A DNA stretch of 64,000 bases from a virus. Of this stretch, positions 1 to 9,562 are shown one piece after another. A model generated the notes under the pieces. It worked only from the letters and a program-made list of their open reading frames with translations. It searched no databases and was not told where the DNA came from. Location of the stretch: positions 12,651 to 76,650 of IMG/VR virus record IMGVR_UViG_3300045988_129366; one strand, 5' to 3'. The first letter of the stretch is position 1; the number at the start of each line of letters is the position of its first letter. Made by a program: the position numbers and the translations under genes.

Positions 1-276
1 ATGCTCAACCGAAACTGCGCGACAAGATATGTGTTTGACCAAATCTTCGACCGCGCCTACAACCTCGGCAAGCAGGAGAAGGACGCCGACACCGTGATTC
101 AAGGTTGGGTCGCGAGAGATTTGGATGGAGAAGTATTTCTCTATGAAAATAAGCCCGAAAGAGGTGATGGAGAGTGGTTAGGAAGAATATCTTCTGAATT
201 TGACTTCCAACAGCTTAAATGGGGTTCCGACCCAATCGAAGTAGAAATAATCATCAAACAAAAGAAGAATGGATAA
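1..276 (+). CDS. hypothetical protein (ORF open at the window edge, probably 5'-truncated)
   Basis: ORF begins at position 1; stop overlaps next start (ATGA-type coupling) suggesting operon. Confidence 0.4.
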   Translation: MLNRNCATRYVFDQIFDRAYNLGKQEKDADTVIQGWVARDLDGEVFLYENKPERGDGEWLGRISSEFDFQQLKWGSDPIEVEIIIKQKKNG

Positions 277-571
277 GATATATTCCCGAAAGACCTACTA
301 CAAGTCAGTCACGCAGCTAAATCCTGATGATTCTCCGTCAACAGGTAGCCTTGTCTGCTATGATGGTGACATAGAATATTCTGATGATGGAGTACAGCCT
401 TGTATGTTCGTGGAGATTGCAGACTGTCACGGTAAGGTTAGACTGCATAAAGCGCATACTGATACTAACAAAGAGTTCCTTATTAAACTCAGAACTATAA
501 TTCTCCAGCTTACAAAGTTCTGTAATCATTTGGAAGCTGAATCACCTCATAAACCAGTGAAATCATTATGA
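269..571 (+). CDS. hypothetical protein
   Basis: 100-aa ORF translationally coupled to flanking ORFs. Confidence 0.4.
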   Translation: MDKIYSRKTYYKSVTQLNPDDSPSTGSLVCYDGDIEYSDDGVQPCMFVEIADCHGKVRLHKAHTDTNKEFLIKLRTIILQLTKFCNHLEAESPHKPVKSL

Positions 572-1686
572 ATAAAAAACTACAAGACCTTGTGTGGTCT
601 ATCCTCCCGAAAGAGTTCAAGGAGGAAGTGAAGAAACTATATACAGATGCTCTTGATGCGTCAAACTCACCACATGAGCCCGATGACCGCAAATGGGGTA
701 ATTACAGAGTTACACTATTAGAGAAACTTTTCGGCTACCACAACCTCACCTCTGACGGGGAGGGAGAGGAAATGCTGACGGTGAGCCGTAAGGAAGTAAT
801 GCGTAATTTCGCAGAAAAGGTTGCATGGAAAAACCACCATCAATCATCCAAGCATGATAGAGATATGGCGGCTGGATGGTGTAATGCCCTACATTTTCTT
901 TTCGGCCCCAAGTGCCTGCCGGATGAAAACAAAGAATGTAGTAACCCATCAGTTGTGAATTGTAAACATAAACATGGTGATGGCACATGCTCACTTAGTG
1001 GTATGTGCTGCTATAAATCGCCGAAGCCAGCCGAGCCGGAAGAAAAGGATGACTGCAAGAAATTCACCAAAAGGCTTGATGATACCCTTGAAGGAGATAT
1101 CAAAGAGCCTTTTAAGGAGTGGCGTGACAAAAACTCTTCCAATGTTGAGAAATTGGAAAAGAATGGAGAAGTTGAGCCGAAGCCAGCCAAGCCGAAGTTT
1201 AAGGTGGGAGACAAGGTACGGTATAAAGAGTTTGTAGGCACTGTTTATCAGATTGAAGAAACAGACTATGTGATTCGGAAATTAGCAGGCGGAGATTTGA
1301 TTGGATGGTTGAAGGAATCCGACCTCGAACCCTACACCGAGCCGACAAATGAGGATTTCGTAACTCTTGGCGTAGAATCCGCAGAATACTTACGAAAATC
1401 GCTCGAAGAATCCGAATATCGCAATTCTTCGCAAAATACCGCAAATTGCGACAAGCACTTTGACAACATCCTCAAAGACGGCTTCTCAAAAGAGCGGAGA
1501 CTAAATATTGCAAAAGACTTTGCATCTGTTCTTTTGAGTCGACTGAACTACGACCCATTTACGGCTCAGATTAATTGCTGTTGCTCGGGTGGTGCTGCTG
1601 TTAATCCATACCTCAATATAGCAAGAATAGCGTTGAGTGTAGCCGATGCCCTCATAGCAGAATCGGAGAAAGGAGGTGAGAAATAA
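568..1686 (+). CDS. hypothetical Cys-rich protein
   Basis: 372-aa ORF, several Cys clusters (CKHKHGDGTCSLSGMCC; CCCSGG), no recognisable catalytic motif. Confidence 0.5.
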   Translation: MNKKLQDLVWSILPKEFKEEVKKLYTDALDASNSPHEPDDRKWGNYRVTLLEKLFGYHNLTSDGEGEEMLTVSRKEVMRNFAEKVAWKNHHQSSKHDRDMAAGWCNALHFLFGPKCLPDENKECSNPSVVNCKHKHGDGTCSLSGMCCYKSPKPAEPEEKDDCKKFTKRLDDTLEGDIKEPFKEWRDKNSSNVEKLEKNGEVEPKPAKPKFKVGDKVRYKEFVGTVYQIEETDYVIRKLAGGDLIGWLKESDLEPYTEPTNEDFVTLGVESAEYLRKSLEESEYRNSSQNTANCDKHFDNILKDGFSKERRLNIAKDFASVLLSRLNYDPFTAQINCCCSGGAAVNPYLNIARIALSVADALIAESEKGGEK

Positions 1687-2257
1687 AATGGATAACGAAT
1701 GGTATAATATACCGCTTTACCCAAACTATGAGATTTCAAAGAGTGGATATATCCGAAATAGATATACTCAACGGCTCTTGAAAATACATAAATACCGAGA
1801 TGGGTACACATACACTCGATTAAGAAATAGTAACAACAAGCCTAAGAATGTAAAAATACATCGGCTTGTGGCAATGACATTCATTCCAAACCCAGAGAAT
1901 AAATCATACATCGACCATATAAATAGAAAAAGAGATGACAATCGAATAGAAAATCTGCGTTGGTGTACGCCGCATGAAAATAACACATTCCCTGAAACAC
2001 TAAAAGCTCAGAGAATAGCCCATAAGGGCGTACCTCAACCATCATGGGTAGTGGTCGCTAAAACAAAACGGTTTCGCGAGCTTCAAGGGATTAAAATCAA
2101 CAGATATTCTCTCAATGGGATATTAATAAAATCATATTCCGCAATGAATGAAGCTGCGAAAGAGTTTGGCGTAAGATGTCAAGCAATAGCAAATGCTTGT
2201 AGAGGTCTTAGAAAGACTGGCCATGAATATCTCGGCTTTATATGGGAAATCGCATAA
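1676..2257 (+). CDS. HNH homing endonuclease with NUMOD4 motif
   Basis: N-terminal EWYNIPLYPNYEISKSGYIRNR (NUMOD4-like) and HINRKRDDNRIENLRWCTPHEN (HNH_3 signature). Confidence 0.8.
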   Translation: MRNKMDNEWYNIPLYPNYEISKSGYIRNRYTQRLLKIHKYRDGYTYTRLRNSNNKPKNVKIHRLVAMTFIPNPENKSYIDHINRKRDDNRIENLRWCTPHENNTFPETLKAQRIAHKGVPQPSWVVVAKTKRFRELQGIKINRYSLNGILIKSYSAMNEAAKEFGVRCQAIANACRGLRKTGHEYLGFIWEIA

Positions 2258-2279
2258 CAAATTATCAATATAAGAACAA

Positions 2280-2498
2280 ATGAACTACGACATAACATTC
2301 TGCGAGGGCGAGAACTGCACGCGCAAAGAGGAGTGCCATCGCTACCGCGAACTGCTCCGCTTCCGCGCCGACAAAGACCCGAACAAAAAGACTTACATCT
2401 CAATATGCAAGCCCGACCCGACTAAATGCACTCTGTTTTGGAGAGAAAAAGGAGATTGCCCCTCGCCCGAACTCACCGATAAACTGAAAGAAGAATGA
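2280..2498 (+). CDS. small Cys-rich protein
   Basis: 72-aa ORF with CxxxxC...C...C pattern, coupled to downstream MTase start. Confidence 0.4.
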   Translation: MNYDITFCEGENCTRKEECHRYRELLRFRADKDPNKKTYISICKPDPTKCTLFWREKGDCPSPELTDKLKEE

Positions 2499-3274
2499 AA
2501 ATAAACTACGTTTCCCTTTGCTCCGGCTATGGAGCAGAGTGCATCGCCTTTAAGCGATTAAGACGCGACTATCCGGATTTTGACTTTGATTGTCTCGCTT
2601 GGTCTGAGATTGAGCCAAACGCAATAAAAGCACACGATGCAATTCATCCAGAATATATAGACCGTAACGTACACGATTTAACAAAAGTGGATTGGAAAGT
2701 ATGGCACGAAAGCATAGGCTCACCGCACATCGACCTGCTTTTTGCCTCTACGCCTTGTCAATCCGTTTCAAATGCCGGAAAGAACGAGGGCATGAAGAAA
2801 GGCACGGACGCGGAATCAGCTCTGATATGGGCGACCGAGAGCTGCATACGCGCACTCAACCCCAACATCATAATCTACGAGAACGTGAAGGGAATGGTAA
2901 GCAAGCGCAACAAGCCGGATTTTGACGAGTGGTGTGCGACCCTTGAATCCCTCGGTTACGTTGTTCAGTGGAAGATATTGAATGCGAAAGATTATGGTTG
3001 CGCCCAAAACAGAGAACGTGTTTTTCCGATAGCGATACGCAAGGATTTGCCTATGGTGGGACATTACAATTATCCGCAAGGATTCCCTCTCACCAAATGT
3101 GTCGAGGACTACATGGAGCCTGCGGAGGAAATCGGAGAGGAGTATTTCATATCACAAGACCGCGTGACGAACAAAGTGCTGCCCGACATACTCGACCAGC
3201 CCAACGTCCGCGCAGAAATGGAGAAACTTTATCATGAGGAATGGAAGGAAGCAAATCGCAATAAACCTGCCTAA
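2495..3274 (+). CDS. DNA (cytosine-5)-methyltransferase, 5' segment (motifs I-VIII plus start of target-recognition domain, TRD)
   Basis: LCSGYGAE (motif I), FASTPCQSVS (PCQ, motif IV), IIIYENVKG (ENV, motif VI), QNRERVF (motif VIII); lacks motifs IX/X. Confidence 0.8.
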   Translation: MKINYVSLCSGYGAECIAFKRLRRDYPDFDFDCLAWSEIEPNAIKAHDAIHPEYIDRNVHDLTKVDWKVWHESIGSPHIDLLFASTPCQSVSNAGKNEGMKKGTDAESALIWATESCIRALNPNIIIYENVKGMVSKRNKPDFDEWCATLESLGYVVQWKILNAKDYGCAQNRERVFPIAIRKDLPMVGHYNYPQGFPLTKCVEDYMEPAEEIGEEYFISQDRVTNKVLPDILDQPNVRAEMEKLYHEEWKEANRNKPA

Positions 3275-4598
3275 ATCGGGTGGGGTAAAATATCCCCCAC
3301 AATTCCTGCCCACTATGGATGGGCGGGATGGACTGACTTTCTCAGGCCTCCAGTGTTGCACCTCGCGATAATGATGATAGATAAACCGACACATCCCGGT
3401 AAACCTAACCAACGGCCTTTGCCCCACGCTGATGAGCCGCGCCTTTGAGAAAGCGAGAACTTGCTATTACCTCGGTCAGGGCAAAGTGTGGGCTTATTCG
3501 GCAATACTTGTGATAGATGATACCGAAAGTGATAAAAGTCGCCGACCTTTGGCGCGGCAAAATCGTTGACTCGCCGCAAGTCGCGAGGGTCTTTTGGAGC
3601 AAGGGAATATCTCCCTCAATCCTCTCCGACCAAGGCGGCGGTGGCAGACAGATAAAGTTTTTAGTAATCAATGACAAAACAACTCGCAATCAACCTCTAT
3701 AATGGAGTGTGCTGCACGCTCCACGCACGTTCAGGAGTACATTCGCCATACAACATCATGGATTGCCCCCCCCAGATTTCGTCAGACGGCGTTTGTAATA
3801 ATCGAAAATGAAAACAAAAAGAACGAAACTCCGCTACACCCTCGGACGCACCAACCACGGCGGCGAGGACGATAAATTCGGCACGAGCAAATTCCATGTC
3901 AACCCATATTTTGCCACCGTCACCGCGATACAGATGTCAAACAGAAGACAATGGATAGTAGAAATTACCCCCGATAATAGTTGCGACTGTCAAAGACCGC
4001 AATCCAAGTTATAACACAAAGATATGCCAGACGATAAGAAGCAACTCGCACGGGGCGATACCTCATTTCATATGGATAGAGCCGAAGCGATAAAGTTCAA
4101 GCTGATGCCGGACGGACACATTCGCGGAGTGCAGACGCAACGCCCCGACCTCGCGAGTGCCGCCGAGTGGATGATTTACTTCACGAACGTGTGCGCCCCG
4201 ACAATATCGGTCGCCCACGTTCCCAAACTTCTGATAACGGATGAAGCAATTCTTGAAAGTCTTATGCGTAGCGTCAAGAGGCAGAGGTGACAACAACGCC
4301 CAGCACTTCGAGGCGCGGACAGACGGATGCACCTCGACCTTAACAAGCGTGACCAAAGACAACCTTATACTCACGATATGCCGAAAGACTACAACGCGCC
4401 ATACTCCACGCCCTACTACGATGAGTTGAAGCATAACGGCATTCGCCTGCCATGCTTCCTCACGCACATCCGCACGGATGCGGCGAGGATAGAGAGGCCC
4501 AAGGACGCGAGGATGTTCCGTATGATGTTCCTGACTCCGAGAACTGACGGCTGCTGTGGAACTTTAGACACCCGGTCAATGAGCAATCTGATAATGGA
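3275..4598 (+). other. ~1.3-kb ORF-poor insertion separating the two halves of the C5-MTase; candidate self-splicing intron or other intervening element
   Basis: No convincing ORF; GC-rich structured stretches; flanked by MTase exon-like segments in different frames. Confidence 0.35.
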
Positions 4599-5135
4599 AT
4601 GGAGAAAAGATACATAGTCGCCAAGCGCAGAAGCGAGCAGGGCAAGCTGATTCGTCGACAATATAAAAACGACATTGGAGTGCCGTATCAACTTTGCAAA
4701 GGCTACTCTCTGATGCTTGATGGCTATTCAAACACGATTACTACGTTCACAACCGATAATTGGATTTTAGAACTTAAAGACAATGACAATATGGATAACT
4801 TAGTTTACCACCCTCACCCTACAAAGGAGCAGCTGCTCGAATACTTCTCGCAAAGTATTAGGGTGCGCAAGATGACCCCACGCGAGGCGTTCAGACTTAT
4901 GGATGTTGACGACGCGGACATTGACAAGATAATGAACGCAAAGGAAACGGTGGTGCTCAAAAACGGCACCACAAAGACACATAAGGCGATAAGCAAGACT
5001 GCTTGTTATAAACTTGCAGGTAATTCTATCGTGGTAGCCTGTCTCTACCACATCTTCCGCACGATGTTTATTCCCAATCAGCCTGAGAACCAAATCACAA
5101 AACCAATCCAACAATCATTATTCGATATATTATGA
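4599..5135 (+). CDS. DNA (cytosine-5)-methyltransferase, 3' segment (TRD, motifs IX and X)
   Basis: GYSNTITTF (TRD T-L-T-A like), RKMTPREAFRLMDVDD (motif IX), YKLAGNSIVV (motif X GNS-V). Confidence 0.75.
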   Translation: MEKRYIVAKRRSEQGKLIRRQYKNDIGVPYQLCKGYSLMLDGYSNTITTFTTDNWILELKDNDNMDNLVYHPHPTKEQLLEYFSQSIRVRKMTPREAFRLMDVDDADIDKIMNAKETVVLKNGTTKTHKAISKTACYKLAGNSIVVACLYHIFRTMFIPNQPENQITKPIQQSLFDIL

Positions 5136-5476
5136 TACCACTTTCAATCTCACTTGCCGCCCTCGCGGTCTCCATATACGCATGGCGGCTCGCTGTAAAA
5201 CAAAAGAAAAAAGCCGCAGAAACCATCAAGACACTCCGGCAATCCCAAGATGAACTTTTAAAAGAGTATTCTGCCCTTAAACTGTTGTGTAACTATAAAA
5301 CCCCGTGTTTGTATAAGTACTCAATAAGGGAAGACAGGATTGGTTTTGCTGTCTGCAAGGAAAGGGATGGTCGGTGTTGTGTCATCAAATACTTTGATGA
5401 TGAGGATATGGATTTTAACCGTCTTGAGGCAGAAGACCTCATTGAAAAACTTAATGAGGTAATGCCAGATATATAA
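5132..5476 (+). CDS. small membrane protein
   Basis: N-terminal hydrophobic helix (IPLSISLAALAVSIYAW), coupled start. Confidence 0.5.
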   Translation: MIPLSISLAALAVSIYAWRLAVKQKKKAAETIKTLRQSQDELLKEYSALKLLCNYKTPCLYKYSIREDRIGFAVCKERDGRCCVIKYFDDEDMDFNRLEAEDLIEKLNEVMPDI

Positions 5477-5505
5477 ATATAGAAGCCACAGGCTTCTACA
5501 CAGAT

Positions 5506-5537
5506 ATGCGCCTGCCCGTAAGGGTGGGCGTTTTTTG
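5506..5537 (+). terminator. rho-independent terminator (bidirectional position between convergent blocks)
   Basis: CGCCTGCCCgtaaGGGTGGGCG stem followed by TTTTTTG; second hairpin GAAGCCacaGGCTTC just upstream. Confidence 0.6.
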
Positions 5538-5538
5538 T

Positions 5539-5739
5539 TTATAGTCGTTCCCGTTCTAACGCCTCGTGGAGTCCCGCCGGATTCAGCCCGAAGCACCGCA
5601 CAAAGCGGTCAAGTGCTTTGCGCCTGTCTTGCGGGATAAGGGCATAGAGGGAATTGAGCGGGGTATTACTCTCCAGGGCTCTGCGGACATCCGGAGCTTT
5701 CATGCCGGATGCACGGCGTAATTTTCTGCTTTGTGACAT
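5539..5739 (-). CDS. hypothetical protein
   Basis: 66-aa basic ORF at end of leftward operon. Confidence 0.35.
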   Translation of the reverse strand: MSQSRKLRRASGMKAPDVRRALESNTPLNSLYALIPQDRRKALDRFVRCFGLNPAGLHEALERERL

Positions 5740-5749
5740 AGTGGTGGTT

Positions 5750-6175
5750 TCAGTGTTTACGGCAGCAATCGCAGAGTAAATCTTTGGCTATCTCCCAAGT
5801 TACATCTACAATGTCATCACCGATGTATTGTATTTCTTCTCCATACGGGTCTATGCCGAATGTCTGCGCAATGTGGGTCTGCAAATGTCCCGTTTCGTGC
5901 TTATATGACTGCTGAAACTCCTTTGTGCTCGATGTTTTGGCGAATACAATAACCGTCTCGCGTGTGCTGCTATTAGAGTACGTCAGCCCCGTGTCAAGTT
6001 TACCGGATGTGAGATTATTATACGCACCCTCCAAATGCTCACCGTGACAGCCTATGCCGACAAGTGCGTCAAGTATCTCATCGGCGTTGGGCTTTGTCAC
6101 GACATAGTAAGCATAGACACACCAATCGTATTTCGGGAGCGTAAAGCGTTGGCGTATCATAAAATTTCTTCCCAA
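5750..6175 (-). CDS. hypothetical protein with HExxH motif (possible small metallopeptidase)
   Basis: YKHETGHLQTH contains HExxH. Confidence 0.4.
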   Translation of the reverse strand: MGRNFMIRQRFTLPKYDWCVYAYYVVTKPNADEILDALVGIGCHGEHLEGAYNNLTSGKLDTGLTYSNSSTRETVIVFAKTSSTKEFQQSYKHETGHLQTHIAQTFGIDPYGEEIQYIGDDIVDVTWEIAKDLLCDCCRKH

Positions 6176-6579
6176 TCAATCACAAATCCGATAGCATCGG
6201 AATCGGCAAGCCATTTTCTGAAAAGATTGCCGCCGGGATTGTCGGGGTCGTCGATAACATCCTTAATCATTTTTGCCAAATGCACCTCGTCCTCGATTGA
6301 GGATTTCCAATAGTCCGATTTTATCATATTGGCGGCATAGACAAAGTTGTGTCCCTCGTTATAGTCAAGTTTGATATTGTGCTTTTTGAGCAATTCTTCG
6401 ACAGCCTCCTTATCCATCGGCTCTATCGCCTCTTTCTTTCCCGTAGCCGGATTTAGGCGTTTCATGCGCTTTACCGCAAAGTCACAGGCTTTCTTGTTGA
6501 AGTTATAGCCATAGTTGCGAAGATACGACCGCATCTCTTTCGGCATATCAATTGCGAATATATCTAATGGTGTTGCCAT
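6157..6579 (-). CDS. hypothetical protein
   Basis: 140-aa ORF, overlapping stop/start with neighbour. Confidence 0.45.
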   Translation of the reverse strand: MATPLDIFAIDMPKEMRSYLRNYGYNFNKKACDFAVKRMKRLNPATGKKEAIEPMDKEAVEELLKKHNIKLDYNEGHNFVYAANMIKSDYWKSSIEDEVHLAKMIKDVIDDPDNPGGNLFRKWLADSDAIGFVIDWEEIL

Positions 6580-6645
6580 GTTATTTTCAGTTTAGGGATA
6601 AAGGGGCAACCATTAAGAAGTCCTTAACAGTTGCCCCGCGATTAT

Positions 6646-6984
6646 TTATCGGCGCACGTAACGCCCGGTGCTCGCAGAGCGACCCCTACGCTCACCAATA
6701 TAGGGAGGCCAATCCTCCCAACGGTCACGGGGGTAACGCTCGCCCATACGATCATCGTCCTCGGGGCGCATATCATCGTTGTGCATACCGTAGCGTCCGT
6801 AGCCGCGCTCGTCCATGCGGTCGTAGCCGTCATCGTCGTTACGGTAGCCCATGCGACCGTGCCGGTGTTCTCCCTCGCGCATCTCTTCGATACACTCCAT
6901 AGCTTTGCCTCCGTAGTGGAGCATCTTGCCTATGGTGTCCGCAAGGTGCGTTACCTTATCATCTGACACTTCAATTACATACAT
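6646..6984 (-). CDS. low-complexity R/D/G/Y-rich protein
   Basis: C-terminal two thirds composed of RxDD/GY/RM repeats. Confidence 0.35.
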   Translation of the reverse strand: MYVIEVSDDKVTHLADTIGKMLHYGGKAMECIEEMREGEHRHGRMGYRNDDDGYDRMDERGYGRYGMHNDDMRPEDDDRMGERYPRDRWEDWPPYIGERRGRSASTGRYVRR

Positions 6985-6987
6985 AGC

Positions 6988-7524
6988 TTACTTGTTTTTA
7001 GGAGATTTGTTTGAGTCACCGTCGAGTTTATCCATCAGACGAGCCATCATGCTTTCAAGGTTGGTGTTGGTCTGCGCCAACTGCGCCACTTGGCTTTTCA
7101 GAGTGGCAATCTCCTGCTCCTGCCGCTGCTTTTCGGCAAATTCCGGATTGAGCTGCATGAGAATTTCGTCGTACTTGACTATTTTCTGACGCTCCTCGTC
7201 CACACGGTTTATGATGCCTATGGACTCATTTTTGAGATTGCCTATCTCGGCGTTCATCGCGTCGCGGTTTACGGTCACAAACACGTTGCCCGTGCCGAAG
7301 TCCGCACTCTCCTTGTTTGCCGGGAGCTGCTGAAACTGACGTTGTGCGCCGCCCACGTTGGCGAAAACATCCACCACATGCTCCTGTGGCTGACCGTATT
7401 GTGGTACGGTAGGAAACTTCACCATCGGCTGTGTCACTTGCGTGATTGAGCCGATTTCAAGGCGCGGAACGGCTTCCTTGTAAAGAATATAGATTGTCTG
7501 ATTTACTCTTGCTGACTGAAACAT
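6988..7524 (-). CDS. hypothetical protein with C-terminal coiled coil
   Basis: 178-aa ORF; heptad-like Q/E/L-rich C-terminus. Confidence 0.5.
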   Translation of the reverse strand: MFQSARVNQTIYILYKEAVPRLEIGSITQVTQPMVKFPTVPQYGQPQEHVVDVFANVGGAQRQFQQLPANKESADFGTGNVFVTVNRDAMNAEIGNLKNESIGIINRVDEERQKIVKYDEILMQLNPEFAEKQRQEQEIATLKSQVAQLAQTNTNLESMMARLMDKLDGDSNKSPKNK

Positions 7525-7577
7525 ATCTGTGTTGTTAATGATTAAAATGTGAGGGGAATTTCACCCCTCACGGTTTT

Positions 7578-8015
7578 TCACTCGGTTGCTGCCGCCGCTG
7601 CGACGGGCGGGAAGAAGTTGACGACCTGAAACGTGCCTTCGCACTTGTCGAAGCGCACGAGAAGCCAGTTGCCGCTAACCACATTGTTGGAGGTCATCGG
7701 ATTGCCGACGCCATCGACAAGTGGTATCCCGGTCGAACCTTCGGGCGGATTCGCTGACGTCTGGATTGACACGGTGAAAGCTGCCGACCCTGCTCCCGCT
7801 GAAGGAATCTGTGAGATACGGAGCAACATCAACCCATCATTACATAGCTGTCTGAAACGCCAAGGGCAAACGGTATAGGTGACGATTGACCCTGTGGTCG
7901 TAACCGCTATGGTACGGAGTTCGGGGATGCCATTGCGATTCACCCGTCTGACGGGGTACTGACGCGAAAGCATCTGGTTTGACCACTGCGATTTTGGTAG
8001 ATACCAGGGATTCAT
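7578..8015 (-). CDS. hypothetical protein
   Basis: 145-aa ORF. Confidence 0.45.
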   Translation of the reverse strand: MNPWYLPKSQWSNQMLSRQYPVRRVNRNGIPELRTIAVTTTGSIVTYTVCPWRFRQLCNDGLMLLRISQIPSAGAGSAAFTVSIQTSANPPEGSTGIPLVDGVGNPMTSNNVVSGNWLLVRFDKCEGTFQVVNFFPPVAAAAATE

Positions 8016-8041
8016 AGCTTTTGATGTTTATGGGTTAATGT

Positions 8042-9003
8042 TTAGCAACCACAGCTGTTGTTGCAGCCTCCGCCGTAGGCATAGCCATAAGGATAGCCGT
8101 CGTTTATGCCGCCGTTGCAACCGAACGGATTACACGTAATGTAGGCCGGCACGGGGCAGGGGCGAATCTGATTGACGATGTTGGCGGTCTGCTGCTGCTG
8201 AGAAGCAGAAAGCTGATAAGCCTGCACTTGGTCGCGGAGATTCTGTATCTCGCGCTGGTCCTCACGCTCCTTGATTGCAGCGAACTGAGCGACCATTGCC
8301 TGCGTCTGCTTGTCGATAGCACCGAGGATGTCGCAGGTCTGACGCTGGGTTTCAAAGTTGGTTGACGAGAAACCGCGCTCTACGGAACTGTTCACGAAGT
8401 TGATTGCACCCTGCAAGGTGTTGGTCTGATTGACCGTTGCAAGCTGGTTCTCATAGCCCTGCGTGGTGATAGCATTGCGGACATCGCAGCAGCATGAGGC
8501 GAGCTGGGATGCAAGTGCGCTGTTGCCAGCCTGCACTGCATTGATAATCTGCTGACCGCTCATGCCCACCTGATTGCCTATGCTGCACAGCTGGGTCGAG
8601 AGATTCTGAATAGCACCCATCAGTGCGTTCTGGTCGCAGTGTACGGTAGAGGCAAGCTGAGAGATTGCAGTGCCATTGCCCTGAATAGCGGACATGAGAA
8701 GTTCGCGACCCGCATCACTGTTTACAAGGCTGCCGAGGTCAGCGAGACCCTGTGCGGAGCCACGACCACCGAAACCGCCGCCGAAGCCGTTTCCGAAACC
8801 ACCCCATCCGAAGATGAGAAGAATGATAATCCACCATGCGGAGTTCCCGAAACCATCACCGTAACCACGGTTGTTGTTCATCATGGCAGCCACCATATTG
8901 GGGTCAAGGCCACGGTTCTGACAGAGAGAGGCGATAAGCGGGGCCATGCCGCCACCACCAAAGCCGTTGTCTCCGAGTGAAAATATTTTAGTATCGCTCA
9001 TAT
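8042..9003 (-). CDS. Gly-rich single-pass membrane protein with C-terminal Cys cluster
   Basis: Likely start MSDTKIF at 9003; GFGGGG and GFGNGFGGGFGG tracts flank TM helix WWIIILLIFGW; C-terminus CNPFGCNGG...GGGCNNSCGC. Confidence 0.5.
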
Positions 9004-9080
9004 TGAGAAATATTTTTGATTGCAGAGCAACATCGCCCTGTACTGCAAAAATACTTTTTAAGGCTCTTTCGTTCAGCGAG

Positions 9081-9395
9081 TTACTTCGCAGTTGTTTCGC
9101 AGTTTTCTCCGATGGTTTTCGCAAGTTTGGCGTATGAATTTCGCAACGCTCTATTTGTCTGTAAGCGAGTGTCAAACGAGGTTATGACATACTGCACGGT
9201 TCGTGGCGACACCCCGAAAATCTCCGCTATGCGCGAGGGATAGATATTGCGGGTATGGAGTAATTTAGCAGCCATGTGCCGCGCATCCACTATCTCGGCC
9301 TTGCGGGATTTCGACATAATAGATTCTTTGGTGACATCAAGTTCTTCTGCTACGAGTTCAAGCACATAGTCGGCAAGTTCGGTTAATTTAGGCAT
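9081..9395 (-). CDS. DnaA C-terminal-domain-like helix-turn-helix protein (putative regulator)
   Basis: KAEIVDARHMAAKLLHTRNIYPSRIAEIFGVSPRTVQYV resembles DnaA domain IV HTH; start taken at internal ATG 9395. Confidence 0.5.
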   Translation of the reverse strand: MPKLTELADYVLELVAEELDVTKESIMSKSRKAEIVDARHMAAKLLHTRNIYPSRIAEIFGVSPRTVQYVITSFDTRLQTNRALRNSYAKLAKTIGENCETTAK

Positions 9396-9562
9396 AGTGT
9401 GGAATGAATAAATGTTTGACTTGCGGCGTGAACAAAACGGCACGCCCCGTGTTTAAGAGTTATAAAAGTCAGCAAACTCATATAGCTCTTGTAACACAGG
9501 GTATGGCTTACTCTCTGAGCCGTTTGGTTTTAGCGAGTTAAGCGGCTCAGAGGTTGCAGGGG

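Noticed and set aside
2495-5135. Intein interrupting the C5 methyltransferase
   Set aside because: The two MTase halves are in different reading frames. No Hint/homing-endonuclease block motifs are translated between them, so a protein-splicing element is unlikely. An RNA intron or plain insertion fits better.
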